Below, one piece after another: positions 20,276-30,508 of a stretch of 64,000 nt of DNA. Each line of letters starts with the position of its first letter. Positions within the stretch are counted from its first letter, which is position 1. The notes under the pieces were generated by a model, which saw only the letters and a list, made by a program, of their open reading frames with translations, searched no databases and was not told the DNA's origin. The translations under genes and the position numbers were made by a program. This DNA comes from an uncultured Planctomycetota bacterium (GTDB lineage: Bacteria > Planctomycetota > Planctomycetia > Pirellulales > Lacipirellulaceae), in assembly GCA_963719315.1 (NCBI GenBank), contig CAVRBU010000002.1, positions 1,216,001 to 1,280,000 of the forward strand, given 5' to 3'.

Positions 20276-21115
20276 GAACCAAGACTGATTCTTCCGACTC
20301 CTTTTAAAAAGCCACCAGTTGGTGGTGCGCATGAAGTCTGCACATAAATAAATTCTCACTCCCTACTTGAAATCCCCATGGCAGTCACATTTGTCGTTTG
20401 GGCAGAGCCAGTCTGGTGCTCGGATGCGCACGATGCGGGCGCCGTCAATTTGATACCGTCGCTGCAGAGGTCTTCCTGACCTCCTTCAATTCGGGCTGAC
20501 CGTTCGTGAGAGCGGATTGTCCAGCCGCTGTCGTTTCGAGGAACCACAAACTGAACGAGGTCGATTTCACCGACCGAAGTCATTTTGCATGTCCAACCAT
20601 CACCCCACTCCCGTCTTTGTCCCAAGCAAGGGAAGCCAGTCCTCGACGGCGCTGCACGAAGGGGGCATGCCGGCCGGGACGCTGGCCGCCCTCGTGGACG
20701 CACGCTCTTTCTTGCGGAGTCCGCCGAAGGTCTCTGTCCAGCGATGTCAAGAAGCTCCCCAGATTGATGGCAGCCTGGCACTTTGAAATCCGACACGAGT
20801 TTAGAAACAATGCTACCCGAACAGCGAGTGGTATCGGTTTTTGCCACAAAGAGTGCCGTCTAAGCAATCTTTTTGATGCGTTCGGTCGTGGGGGCGAATT
20901 CGGACAACGTCGGGCAGTCCAGAATCCAAGTCCCCATGGTTTGTATTCAAAGTCATTGACTGGGTCGATCCGCCGGTCAATACTAAGGCAACGTTGTCCA
21001 TAACGGCGGTGTACGCCTTTCACGCGACCTGATTGGAGTTCCAATACTTTGCGCGAGGCCCAACAAAGGGTCGATCCGCACGCACGACGACTTACCTCTA
21101 CTTAAATTTGCCAGA

Positions 21116-21188
21116 AGGCGTTGGCGCCTTCTTCCACGTTTCGGTACCTGTAACCGAGAGCTGGGAGAAAGTGCTGACGCTTTTTTTT
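21116..21188 (+). terminator. Leader hairpin plus U8 upstream of a PEP-CTERM gene (same architecture as 9109-9176)
   Basis: AGGCGTTGGCGCCTTCT pairs (with G-U) to GAGAAAGTGCTGACGCTT. Inner hairpin TCGGT..ACCGA; ends in T8. Confidence 0.55.
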
Positions 21189-21263
21189 GCGCCAGAATAG
21201 ATCCTCTCTTTAATCCCTCCGCTGACGACCACGTAAGGTCAAAAATCCTAAAGGACGAACGTA

Positions 21264-22161
21264 ATGAGATATCTCTTAAACTTCCTCATCATCGCTTTCG
21301 CGCTCATGACCACGTGTGTATCTCAAACGCTGGCGAGTACCTATTCGGCCTTAGTGTCATCGGGAAATGGAGCGATCGACTTCGATGCTGATGTCGGCGC
21401 TGGGCACTTATTTGCCCTTGCAGCCGGCAAAGTTGAGCCAACCCCCGCAAGATTCAATATTTCAGGAATCGGTTTCGCGTCTGCGGGCTTTGGCAGCGTC
21501 GGCGCCTTTGCGGAGGCCACGACTCCGGGTGCGCCCGGTCTCGCGAGCGACATGCAAATGCGGTCGATAGCCAGTGCCACTTACGATGACATCGCCATTA
21601 GCGCCTCCCGATTTAACAGCAGCGTCCGTTCACGGAACCGTCCAGTTTCACGTCGACGGTATTTTGTTCGTTACAGCAGAACCCGGTGGTAGTGCAGATG
21701 CATCAGTCAAAGTCTCTATACGTATTGGAAGCGCGACCCAGATCGGTTTTCTCGGAACGAATAGCAATGGCACTGTTACTATGCGCAGTGCCGAAGGTCT
21801 GTTTAATGGGCCTACAGATGATCAAATTGAGCGGGGAATTAACCTCAACGTGGAGGGCGATTTCGACGTCGGAGTAAACTCGGTGAGCATGTCGATCGAA
21901 GTCGGCGCACACGCCAATCAAAACGGCGCTCAGCCTGGGATTGCAGCCTTAGCGGTTAGCACATTTCACCACACCTTAAGTTTTGCCAGTGACCGACCTG
22001 TGTTCGACCTACCCGAGGGCTGGACGGTCAACTCGTTCGACGCCAACATTGTCGACAACCGTTGGATTGGCACAACTGTTCCCGAACCCTCGTCGTTCGT
22101 CGTGACCACGCTGGGCGCGTTGAGCATCTGCGCCCTGCGAAGAAAGTTTCGCCGGGCCTAA
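21264..22161 (+). CDS. PEP-CTERM protein (single-base frameshift near 21603)
   Basis: Signal peptide MRYLLNFLIIAFALM. The second frame ends 'PVFDLPEGWTVNS...IVDNRW..VPEPSSFVVTTLGALSICALRRKFRR'. Confidence 0.8.
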
Positions 22162-22284
22162 TCGCTGCGTCGTAATGAAGCTACCCACCCAAGTCCCGTC
22201 CAACTCTTTGATCTGGCGGGGCTTTCAGCTTCGCAGTCCCCTCGTTCGGGCATCCCGCATTCTCGTTTGCCATACTTTTTCTGA

Positions 22285-22564
22285 TTTGCCCCGAGATTGG
22301 ACCGTTTTTGAAACGCTTCCGCCGGGCAATGTTTCTTCCGAAGAACCTGCTTCGGTCGCCCCCACCGCTCGCATTTCGCGGGCACTCGAAGTCGCGTCGG
22401 TTGCATCGACTTCGCTGAGTTAGGACTCGGGCAAACTCGCAGCGGTGGTGCCCACTGACCGGAGTTTCTGCGAGCGAACTGTGTAGTCCAACTGATCGCA
22501 CTTAGGTGGCTTTTGGCAGCATTTGTGCCGCCGCGTTCGTGCATAAGGTCGAACCGTCCTGGGA
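22285..22564 (+). repeat. Island repeat family, subtype B
   Basis: GGACCGTTTTTGAAACG..AACCTGCTTCGGT..AAGGTCGAACCGTC matches the 18083 copy. Confidence 0.7.
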
Positions 22565-22707
22565 TCCGAAGCTCAGACCAGAATCGCCTTAACGAAGCGG
22601 TGTCATATTCGTTGCTTAGTTGACGCAGCCAGTAGCCGTATTAGGCCAGATCCGTCTCAAAAGCTCCGAGCCGACGTTTTCCGGTACTGATTTCGTGTGC
22701 CAGGAAA

Positions 22708-22765
22708 CGTGTGTCTAAACCGGTGGTTTGCTGAAGCGTTTCACGCGTTGATGAGTTGTTGAGGC
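22708..22765 (-). repeat. Island repeat family, proximal module
   Basis: On the minus strand: AACAACTCATCAACGCGTGAAAC..CAAACCACCGGTTTAGACAC. Confidence 0.7.
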
Positions 22766-22887
22766 AAATCCATAGGGCGGAACGAACCTGGTGATTTGAA
22801 TCTCTCCGCAACCGGCACGCGCTTAGATGCGGAAACCGGATTCGCCTGCTACGAGCAAAGCAATTTGAGCGTTTACTGCCTACTAAC

Positions 22888-24348
22888 TTACCGCCGCTCA
22901 TCCACTTCAATCTTCACCGGATAAATCAGTCCCCAATCTGCACGGCGCTCGTAAGACTCAAGCGCCGTTACCAGCGACGGTTTCACTTTCCCTTCGAATC
23001 GCGTCTTACCGTTCACCATCACCGTCACCGGCTTCGCGATATCCACCATCTTCGGATGCAGCCAAACGGTGAACCGCTTCACGTTTTGCGTCTTTACCAC
23101 GATCGTATTGTCGCCGTGGTTCTCGGCGTCGATGGCCGAGCCTTCAAGCCGGCTGGTTTCGTGCCGCAACTTCCATTCATCGAAGTCCTTCGAGCCGTTG
23201 GTGAGCAAGCGGTCGTATTCGATCGTGCCGTCGGTCGATTCATCCAGCGTCAGCCACCGATTGTGTTTCACAGGAAAACAATAATTCGCATGAAATCCCA
23301 CGGGGGACGCCAGCGCCACGTGCGAATAGTACGGATCCCGGCGCAGCGACTCAGCCGATCTAAAAAACTTCGCGACGTCCTCTCGCGAGAAACTGATCGG
23401 GTGCCCGCCGTCGTGCTCCAAATATGTGTGGTCCAGTCCGTTGCCCGATAGCAGCTTTTCCGTCTGGCGGCCGTACTCGATATCGGTAAAATGCCAACGA
23501 ACCTTCAGCTGGGCGTCGTTGACGGCTTGGATGACGCACAGCTTTGTGCCTCGAATCGCCGGCAGATACGCCAAATTCCAGGAACCCGCAGCGGCGACGA
23601 CGGCCGCAAACCGATCGGGCTGTCGCTGCGCGTGATGAAACGCCCCATAACCGCCCATTGAATGCCCGATCAGAAATACGCGGTCGGCATCGATATTGAA
23701 CCGGTTCTTGCATTCGGCAATCACGTCGGCAAGATATTCGTCCGCATCGCGCACGCACCAGCGAGCATTCGAACTCTCGTCCCAAGGCGCCGACGGCCCC
23801 ACGGCAATCATCCCCGTCGCTGCAAACACATCACCAATCTGCCGCGGGTCGCCGTCTTTGTCGATCTCGCCCGTGTCGGAATCATCCATAAACAACCGCG
23901 GATGTTCCCGCGGCGTCGTCTTTCCCCCGCCATGCATGAAGATGATGAGCCCCGCCGCGCGATCAGTCTGATAACTCTTCGGAACATTGAAGTAAAGCAA
24001 ATCATCGGGATGCTTTTTTTGTAATTTGCCGGACGTAAAATGTTCGCCGGGGTGAATCCCCGCTTTCACCGCCTCAAACGAATGTCGACTCAACTCCTCA
24101 ATTACCGGCTGAATTTCGCCGTGATAGTCGGCCAGCGTCTCCACCAATCGCGTTCGCTCTGCTTCATTCTCGCTGGTTAGGTACTCGCGGCCAATCATTT
24201 TCGCTTGCGCTGGATCGATCGCCAATACGATGTCGGGGCATGCCATCGTGATTAGCATGGCCGCCGAGAATGCGATCAGCCGATGATCCCAATTTGGGAA
24301 GCAACTGTACGTTTGCTTTGCGCGATGGGGATGATCCATAGGTAGCAT
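22888..24348 (-). CDS. Secreted alpha/beta-hydrolase (esterase/peptidase-like)
   Basis: 'IIFMHGGG', 'IDADRVFLIGHSMGGYGA' nucleophile elbow, 'GGH'. Start uncertain. Confidence 0.85.
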   Translation of the reverse strand: MLPMDHPHRAKQTYSCFPNWDHRLIAFSAAMLITMACPDIVLAIDPAQAKMIGREYLTSENEAERTRLVETLADYHGEIQPVIEELSRHSFEAVKAGIHPGEHFTSGKLQKKHPDDLLYFNVPKSYQTDRAAGLIIFMHGGGKTTPREHPRLFMDDSDTGEIDKDGDPRQIGDVFAATGMIAVGPSAPWDESSNARWCVRDADEYLADVIAECKNRFNIDADRVFLIGHSMGGYGAFHHAQRQPDRFAAVVAAAGSWNLAYLPAIRGTKLCVIQAVNDAQLKVRWHFTDIEYGRQTEKLLSGNGLDHTYLEHDGGHPISFSREDVAKFFRSAESLRRDPYYSHVALASPVGFHANYCFPVKHNRWLTLDESTDGTIEYDRLLTNGSKDFDEWKLRHETSRLEGSAIDAENHGDNTIVVKTQNVKRFTVWLHPKMVDIAKPVTVMVNGKTRFEGKVKPSLVTALESYERRADWGLIYPVKIEVDERR

Positions 24349-24409
24349 TATAGATGAGAATCGGATGAGCGGCGAAGGCGTCAGTCGCGGACAAGGAAGC
24401 AGGTCGGCT

Positions 24410-24481
24410 CGTCGCCGGCTGGCCGTTTCTAAAGGGGTCGGTTGTTGACAGTTTCACGCTCTGGCGACTTTTCGACAATTG
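24410..24481 (-). repeat. Island repeat family, proximal module directly after a PEP-CTERM stop
   Basis: On the minus strand: AAAAGTCGCCAGAGCGTGAAACTGTCAACAACCGACCCCTTTAGAAACGGCCAGCCGG. Confidence 0.75.
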
Positions 24482-27448
24482 CTATGCGGTCCGGCCCCGC
24501 CGCACACAACAGCCAGCCGCCGCTAACATCAGCAGGACCAGCGTCGCCGGTTCGGGAACGGCGGCATTCGCGACGGCATCCGCGCCGTTGCCAACGGTTT
24601 GGCCGAAGTGGGCACGCCAAACGCCGTAATCGCCTGCGTCGATCATGCCGTTGTGATTCCCGTCGGCGGCGAGGTCGCTGCCGCTTTGACCGAGCGTGTT
24701 GCGCCACACGACGCAGTCGGCGGCGTCGACGAAGCCATTTTGGTTGTAATCACCGGGGAGCGGCACCTCGATAAATGCGCTGAGAATCAACTGGTTTGGA
24801 TTGAAGGGACTTCCTGCGCCGTAATTGACGATGAACGACCCGCCGCCGTCGCTGGTCGTGAGCCGCTGGCCATTGGCGACGTTGGCAAACGCTCCAGAAA
24901 TGCCGCTTCCTGTGTTCATGATGGCGAACATATCAACTGGACTGGGCATGAAGCCGTTGACGAGCGCGAGCTGCAACTCACCTGCGATAATTGCACTGCC
25001 TGTGACGTTTACGAAATCACGCTGAATGCCTGCAGTCAGGCCGCCGATCTCGATCTCAACCGCCGCAACGGACTGCTGCGTGTAGTTGCCCGTGATCGTG
25101 GCGCTGCCGGGCGAATGTCCGGGGGCGAGCTTGCCGCCCTTATTGAGAAGGTTTCCATTGAAGTTGACGACGTGGAGCGTGCCGGAGGCCCAATCGAATT
25201 CGCCGCCGCCTTGAAAGCTGATGGTTTCGGCATCGAGCGTGCCGCCCGCAAGATGCACATGGCCGCCGGCGAATAGGGCTAACTCATGAGCGGCGTTCAC
25301 CATGCCGCCCGGATTGATAAACAGCGAGCCGGTGCCGCCGCCGGGCGGCAGCTCTTCATCGATGCCCTCGCCGATGGCGAAGCGGCCGGTGATCGTCCAC
25401 AGCGAGCCGGGGCCGCTTACTGTCGCCGTGCCCGTCGAGGTGAGCGCACCGGAAATCCACGTATTCCCGCTGGAGACGTGGCCGGCGTTTTCGATCGCCA
25501 GCGTTCCCATGGCGTCGAATCCGACGAACAGTTGCCCCGTGTTCGTCCAAGTCGAGCCGGCGCCGGTTATTGTTACCATGCCGACAGCGTTGGATCGGGC
25601 ACCGATCACGCCATTCACGTTGGAGACGCTGCCGCCATTTTCGATCCGCAGCGTGCCATGGCCAAATTGAGCGACGGAAAAGAACGAGCTGTTATTCCAG
25701 CTTGAGCCGGGGCCAGATACCGTTGCTGTGCCGACCGAATTATCAAAGTCGGCAACAAAACCATCGCTGCTTGAAACGTGGCCGCCGGCATCGATCACGA
25801 GCGTGCCGTTCCCGTCACCACCAACAACGAGGCTACTGCTGTTGTTCCACGTCGAGTCGGCGCCAGTCACGGTCGCTGAGCCATGCGATCCATTGGCTTC
25901 GCCGATGACGCCATCCGCGTTCGCGACGCTTCCGCCACCTTCGATCGTTAGCGTGCCGGTGCCTGCGTCGCCAACAACGAGCATGCTATTATTGGTGGTC
26001 CACTGTGCGCCGAGGCCTGTGACTTTGGCCGTGCCCGTCGAGCCAACGTGAGCGCCGAGGGTGCCGCCCGGATTAGGAACCGAGGCGGTGCTGGATACAT
26101 GGCCGCCATCCTTGATTACCAACTTGCCCGATCCGAAGTCGCCGACCGTGAGCGCGTGACTGTTGGTCCACGTCGAGCCGGCGCCCGTGACTTTGACGCT
26201 GCCGTCGGAGCCAGCTTGAACGCCGAGGGTTGACTCCTCATTCGATACGCTGCCGCCGGCCGAAACCGTCAAGTCGCCCAGGCCCTGGTTGCCGACGAAA
26301 AGTAAGCTGCCGATTGACCACTGCGATCCGCTGCCGCTGATTGTGACGAAGCCGTTCGCGGCGGCGAAATCGCCGATCGTGCCGCCGGCGCTAGTGACGT
26401 GCGCGCCGTTTTCAACGCTCAACGTGCCTGTACCGCCCCCAGCAACAAACAGACTGTTATCGGAAGTCCATGTTGATCCGACGCCAGTGACCGTCGCGGT
26501 GCTGTTCGAGCCGCTATTCAAGCCGACATAACCGGACGCGTCGGCGAGGCTGCCGCCGGCTTCGATTTGTAACACACCGGCGCCCATATCGCCGACAATT
26601 AAATTCGAGGTGTTCGTCCAGGTTGAGCCGCTGCCGCGGATGATGGTCGTCCCATCGGAGCCGGCGGCGCCGCCCAGGCTACCTGCGACCGCGGAGACGC
26701 TGCCGCCAGCTTCGATCGTGAGCATTCCCGTACCGAAAACGCCCACGCTAAGCGCACCGTTGTTGGTCCAAACTGCGCCTGAGCCGCTAACCAATGCCGT
26801 CCCATTCGATCCCGTTCGATATCCCAACCCCGAGGTCCCGAAGATACCGGTAAGATTCACTTGTGCGCCGGGCCTGACGTTCAGCGTGCCGGTGCCGCGA
26901 TCGCCGACAATCAGCGCCGCATCGCCAAAACCGCTGCTATTGCCAGTGAGATTGAACACACCCGAGTTGACGTTGAGCGTGCCGTTCGACCCGGCCGGAT
27001 CACCAATTGTGGCGGCCGCGCCGCTCAAGAGGGAAAGACTGCTGTTGAGCACCGCGGCCGTATCGCCGGGGAACTGGCCAATGATGATGCCGCGAGCGGC
27101 CTCCGTCGTCGAAGGCTCAGTAAGTGTGTACGTCGATGGTCCACGGGCCGGACTGATCGATTCAACAAAAGAAACTGTATTCGATCCGATGCGCAGTCGG
27201 CCCGACGTGTAATTGGCGATCGGCTGAATGATGAGGTTACCGGGAAAGGTGACACCGTAGGTGATGCCGGCGCCAAGACGATACTCGGCCGGGTCACTGG
27301 GGCCCGGTACGCCGCTATCCCAATTCGTCGGATCGTTGAAGTTGCCGCCGGTTGGCGTTTTCCAAACGGCTGCGAGGGCGCACATGGGCGGGACAACGGT
27401 CACGATTGCGAACATGGCGAGCGCGAAGCGGAGAATGCAGCGGCTCAT
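24482..27448 (-). CDS. Large beta-helix-repeat (T5SS/PEP-CTERM-associated repeat) adhesin-like protein with dockerin-like tail and PEP-CTERM
   Basis: More than 10 repeats of 'G.GTL.I..GG.VS....IG...GS.G.ATV.G.GS.W'. 'GDYNQNGFVDAAD', 'VPEPATLVLLMLAAAG..RRGR'. Confidence 0.92.
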   Translation of the reverse strand: MSRCILRFALAMFAIVTVVPPMCALAAVWKTPTGGNFNDPTNWDSGVPGPSDPAEYRLGAGITYGVTFPGNLIIQPIANYTSGRLRIGSNTVSFVESISPARGPSTYTLTEPSTTEAARGIIIGQFPGDTAAVLNSSLSLLSGAAATIGDPAGSNGTLNVNSGVFNLTGNSSGFGDAALIVGDRGTGTLNVRPGAQVNLTGIFGTSGLGYRTGSNGTALVSGSGAVWTNNGALSVGVFGTGMLTIEAGGSVSAVAGSLGGAAGSDGTTIIRGSGSTWTNTSNLIVGDMGAGVLQIEAGGSLADASGYVGLNSGSNSTATVTGVGSTWTSDNSLFVAGGGTGTLSVENGAHVTSAGGTIGDFAAANGFVTISGSGSQWSIGSLLFVGNQGLGDLTVSAGGSVSNEESTLGVQAGSDGSVKVTGAGSTWTNSHALTVGDFGSGKLVIKDGGHVSSTASVPNPGGTLGAHVGSTGTAKVTGLGAQWTTNNSMLVVGDAGTGTLTIEGGGSVANADGVIGEANGSHGSATVTGADSTWNNSSSLVVGGDGNGTLVIDAGGHVSSSDGFVADFDNSVGTATVSGPGSSWNNSSFFSVAQFGHGTLRIENGGSVSNVNGVIGARSNAVGMVTITGAGSTWTNTGQLFVGFDAMGTLAIENAGHVSSGNTWISGALTSTGTATVSGPGSLWTITGRFAIGEGIDEELPPGGGTGSLFINPGGMVNAAHELALFAGGHVHLAGGTLDAETISFQGGGEFDWASGTLHVVNFNGNLLNKGGKLAPGHSPGSATITGNYTQQSVAAVEIEIGGLTAGIQRDFVNVTGSAIIAGELQLALVNGFMPSPVDMFAIMNTGSGISGAFANVANGQRLTTSDGGGSFIVNYGAGSPFNPNQLILSAFIEVPLPGDYNQNGFVDAADCVVWRNTLGQSGSDLAADGNHNGMIDAGDYGVWRAHFGQTVGNGADAVANAAVPEPATLVLLMLAAAGCCVRRGRTA

Positions 27449-27548
27449 TGCGACGACTCCCGGTTGAACTTAAATAGAGAGCAGCGAAAATCGCGGAGCG
27501 ACGAATGTCCCGCCAGTATACCCGTTCGCTAGAACTGAGAAGTAATTT

Positions 27549-27720
27549 GTCAGCGAGTGGCGCCGAAATGTCGGCCGGCGAGGCCGATCATGAGCAGTGC
27601 CGCGGCGAACGCGGACAGCACGATCGCCATCGGCTCGGGCACCCGACAAGGTGCCGCGACCTCGAAAAGCTATCCGAAGCCGCAATAATTCGGAATTCGG
27701 CCGCCAACAGTGGCACACAG
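27549..27720 (-). pseudogene. Orphan/degenerate PEP-CTERM tail
   Basis: Minus strand reads 'VPEPMAIVLSAFAAALLMIGLAGRHFGATR*' with no intact upstream domain. Confidence 0.55.
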
Positions 27721-27933
27721 TTCAATGTGATTTAATCCTTTGTCGCTTCTTTGGCGCGGACCGTTGCGGTGCGACTGAACACTGGCTTTCGCGAGTGAGT
27801 CGAGAGGGTCGGTGAAGAAATAACTGAGCTGCTTGAATTGGAAGTCCTGACCGAGATTCGCCGCGGCGAGGGACGGTTCAGGCTTGGCGTCGCGGACTAT
27901 TTCCGGCGGATCCGGGTTCATGTTGTCGAGAAG

Positions 27934-28135
27934 CGTTCCTTTGCTGGGGCATTTTCAGTCCCGAACCAGCCCCGCTTCTCATTCTGAGAAAACGTATGAG
28001 TTCCCGGCACGGAAAATCTGTGCCAAGAAGCCACCGCATCGACGGGTTTAGATACGTCTATCGACACCGGCCAACCGTTTCTAAATCGGTGGGTTCTTGG
28101 CGCATCCCACGCGTTGACGAGTTAATGAAACTTTT
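27934..28135 (-). repeat. Island repeat family, full copy directly after a PEP-CTERM stop
   Basis: 27995-28095 is identical to 29675-29775 (101 bp). Confidence 0.95.
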
Positions 28136-29206
28136 CTATGCGTTTCTGCCACGCCGGAGAAACCAGCTAGTCGCCGCAAACATCAGCAGTAGCAACGTTG
28201 CCGGCTCTGGGATTGAGGCATTCACACTGGTACCTGCGCCGCTGCCGGGTGGCTTGCCGAAGTTGGAGCGCCATTGCGTGTATTGCGCCGGGCCGATCGT
28301 GCCGCCAATCGCGTCGTTGGGCAGGACATTCGTCGTGCCCTCGCTCTTGCGATACACAACGTAGTCGCCGGCGTCGACGACGTGGTTGTTGTTGTAGTCG
28401 CCTGCAAGCAAAGGTGGGGGTTGAAATGCGATGGCATCGAGGGAGTTGAGCGACACGCCGATGTCAGTGACTGTGCCGGTTGTGGGGTCGATGGTCACGA
28501 TGTGCGTCGGAGGCGGCGAGCCGGGGCCAGTGTTAAGACCGTAGAGTGTGCTGCCGGTAAAATCCAAAGCTGTGTAAGCTCCGGTGCCGGCAGGCAGCGC
28601 CGGGGCGGTAATGTTGGTGTAGGCACCGGTCGTGGAATCGTACGTTCCGTAGCGGGCCGAGGTGGGCGTGCCATAGAAGACACCGGCCGAGCTAATTGCG
28701 AGGCCGCCACCGGAGGTAAATGTGAGACCGGTGCTACCGACAAGTGTGGCCTGGCCGGTGCTCGTGTTGATCGTATAGAGATTTGGGCCGCCGATGGAAC
28801 CGATGCCGTACAGGATGCCGGCCGAATCAAATGCGATATCCGCCATCGTCGCCGGTGTACCGGATCCATTAACCGGCCCCGCATTGAACGAGCCGATCAC
28901 GAGGACTTGCGCAGTAACGGGATTAATCTTGACGAGCATCGCCGCAGTTCCAGCAACACTGTTTCCCGTCGAGCCGAGCAGTGCGCCGGTGTGTGGTTGA
29001 AACGCAAGTCCTGTGATTGGATAGTTGACATTGTTTAGGTCGTTCAGCGGCCCGACATCCTGAACCACTGCGCCGGTCGAGGAGTCGAGGATGTAGAGTT
29101 CGCCAGTCGTTCCAGCGGCGGTCGAAGCATACATCGTGAGGGCATCTGCGCGCACGGCGAGGAACAGCAATCCAAACGCACATAGCAACGAGCCGAGAAT
29201 GTTCAC
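28136..29206 (-). CDS. PEP-CTERM protein, beta-propeller-like repeats plus dockerin-like tail
   Basis: GTG start after AAGGA, signal peptide, 'GLAF..G.LYG..LY.I...TG.AT.VG' blades, 'GDYNNNHVVDAGDY', 'IPEPATLLLLMFAA..RRGR'. Confidence 0.9.
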   Translation of the reverse strand: MNILGSLLCAFGLLFLAVRADALTMYASTAAGTTGELYILDSSTGAVVQDVGPLNDLNNVNYPITGLAFQPHTGALLGSTGNSVAGTAAMLVKINPVTAQVLVIGSFNAGPVNGSGTPATMADIAFDSAGILYGIGSIGGPNLYTINTSTGQATLVGSTGLTFTSGGGLAISSAGVFYGTPTSARYGTYDSTTGAYTNITAPALPAGTGAYTALDFTGSTLYGLNTGPGSPPPTHIVTIDPTTGTVTDIGVSLNSLDAIAFQPPPLLAGDYNNNHVVDAGDYVVYRKSEGTTNVLPNDAIGGTIGPAQYTQWRSNFGKPPGSGAGTSVNASIPEPATLLLLMFAATSWFLRRGRNA

Positions 29207-29386
29207 GATGGATTCCTTGGAATCGAGGCCCGGGTCTACCGCTTACACTGCGTTAGCCGGGAGTCCTCTATCACTTAGTAACGCCTGGGCAACCGAACGA
29301 GATAATACTGCGAACGGCATTGATGATGAACGCTGCGACCAAACTATGTCAAGCAGCTACAGGAAACTCACTGCACTGGCTAGGCG

Positions 29387-29550
29387 TCAGGTTGCTTGCA
29401 ACCATACGATCAGCCCCAACACGACCGCAACCAGCGTCGTGGCGATTAGTAGAGTGCGGAAGCTAAAAAGCCAGCGGAGCTGGGCGATGCCCGATAGTGC
29501 GGCGGCGATCCGCCAGCAATACGACCAATGCACCTGGGCAGGACAAACGT
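29387..29550 (-). pseudogene. Fragment of a planctomycete 'FSLRTLLIATTL' motif membrane protein
   Basis: 'LFSFRTLLIATTLVAVVLGLIVW' is similar to the C-terminus of 54969-55655. The N-terminus is replaced by the repeat. Confidence 0.55.
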
Positions 29551-29613
29551 CGATTGATTGATTTGGTCGCCTCGAACGAAGTGGCGAATGGGCCTGTATA
29601 GGAATCCAGAAAT

Positions 29614-29813
29614 CGTTCCTTTGCCGGCGCGTTTCAGGGCTCAAAGCGGCCCAACGTCTCATTCCGAGAAAACCTATGAGTTCCCGGCACGGAAAATCTG
29701 TGCCAAGAAGCCACCGCATCGACGGGTTTAGATACGTCTATCGACACCGGCCAACCGTTTCTAAATCGGTGGGTTGTTGACAATCTCACGCGTAGACGAG
29801 TTGATGGTACTCG
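29614..29813 (-). repeat. Island repeat family, full copy directly after a PEP-CTERM stop
   Basis: Direct repeat of 27934-28135 at a 1680-bp offset. Confidence 0.95.
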
Positions 29814-30508
29814 CTATGCGGCCCGGCGTCGCCGGAGACACCAGCCAATCGCGGCCAGCTGAAACAGCATCAGGCTTGCCGGCTCAGGAATGACCACCGC
29901 GGCGTACGTCGATCCAATCCGAAGCTCGTCGAGGAAATTATTGTTGTCGCCTCGTATTTCGAAGCGGAGCGAAGAGATTGCAGTAAAGTCGATGTCGAGG
30001 CCAGAAAGGGAAAAGGCAAATTGGGCGTTCGGATCGGACAGGTTGAAGCTCGGCGAAACCGCCTGGGGAATTGCCGTATCGTAGCCGACCAGTGCCAGCG
30101 AGTCCGCCCCGAGACCGCGCTGTTGAAATAACGCCCGATTAACCAGAGCGTTTGGCCGTCCGAAAAGGAGTTGTCAGCCCCATCTGTAATGAGCCTGCCG
30201 GTGGCTGCGGTGTTCGCACGGATACTGACTCCCCTCACGCCCACCGCGGCCTTTCCGAAGCTAAGCTCGTCACCGTTTACGTCGTCAATGAAGCTGACGC
30301 GAACCAACCGGTTCCCGGCAGCCGAATCGTCGAACGTGAATAGTGCACTGAAAAAGACCTCATCGCCGGCGTTGATATGGATCACTTCGTCAAGCGCAAC
30401 CGTGGCGACTCCTGCAACGACGCCACTTTCGTCGCTGAGCCGGTTTCCTGCGACGCTCGGCAAATGTCCCAGGAGACTCCCGTACGTCGAGCCGGGATTA
30501 GAAATTCC

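Larger units (their letters stand above)
18430..20353 (+). mobile_element. IS110/IS1111-family element (boundaries tentative)
   Basis: Transposase flanked by direct AATAAAT (18430-18436; 20347-20353), sub-terminal inverted GGAGTCGG/CCGACTCC, and a structured downstream non-coding region. Confidence 0.65.

Noticed and set aside
20356..21044. Overlapping ORFs right of the IS110 element
   Set aside because: No motif or convincing start; probably decayed sequence.
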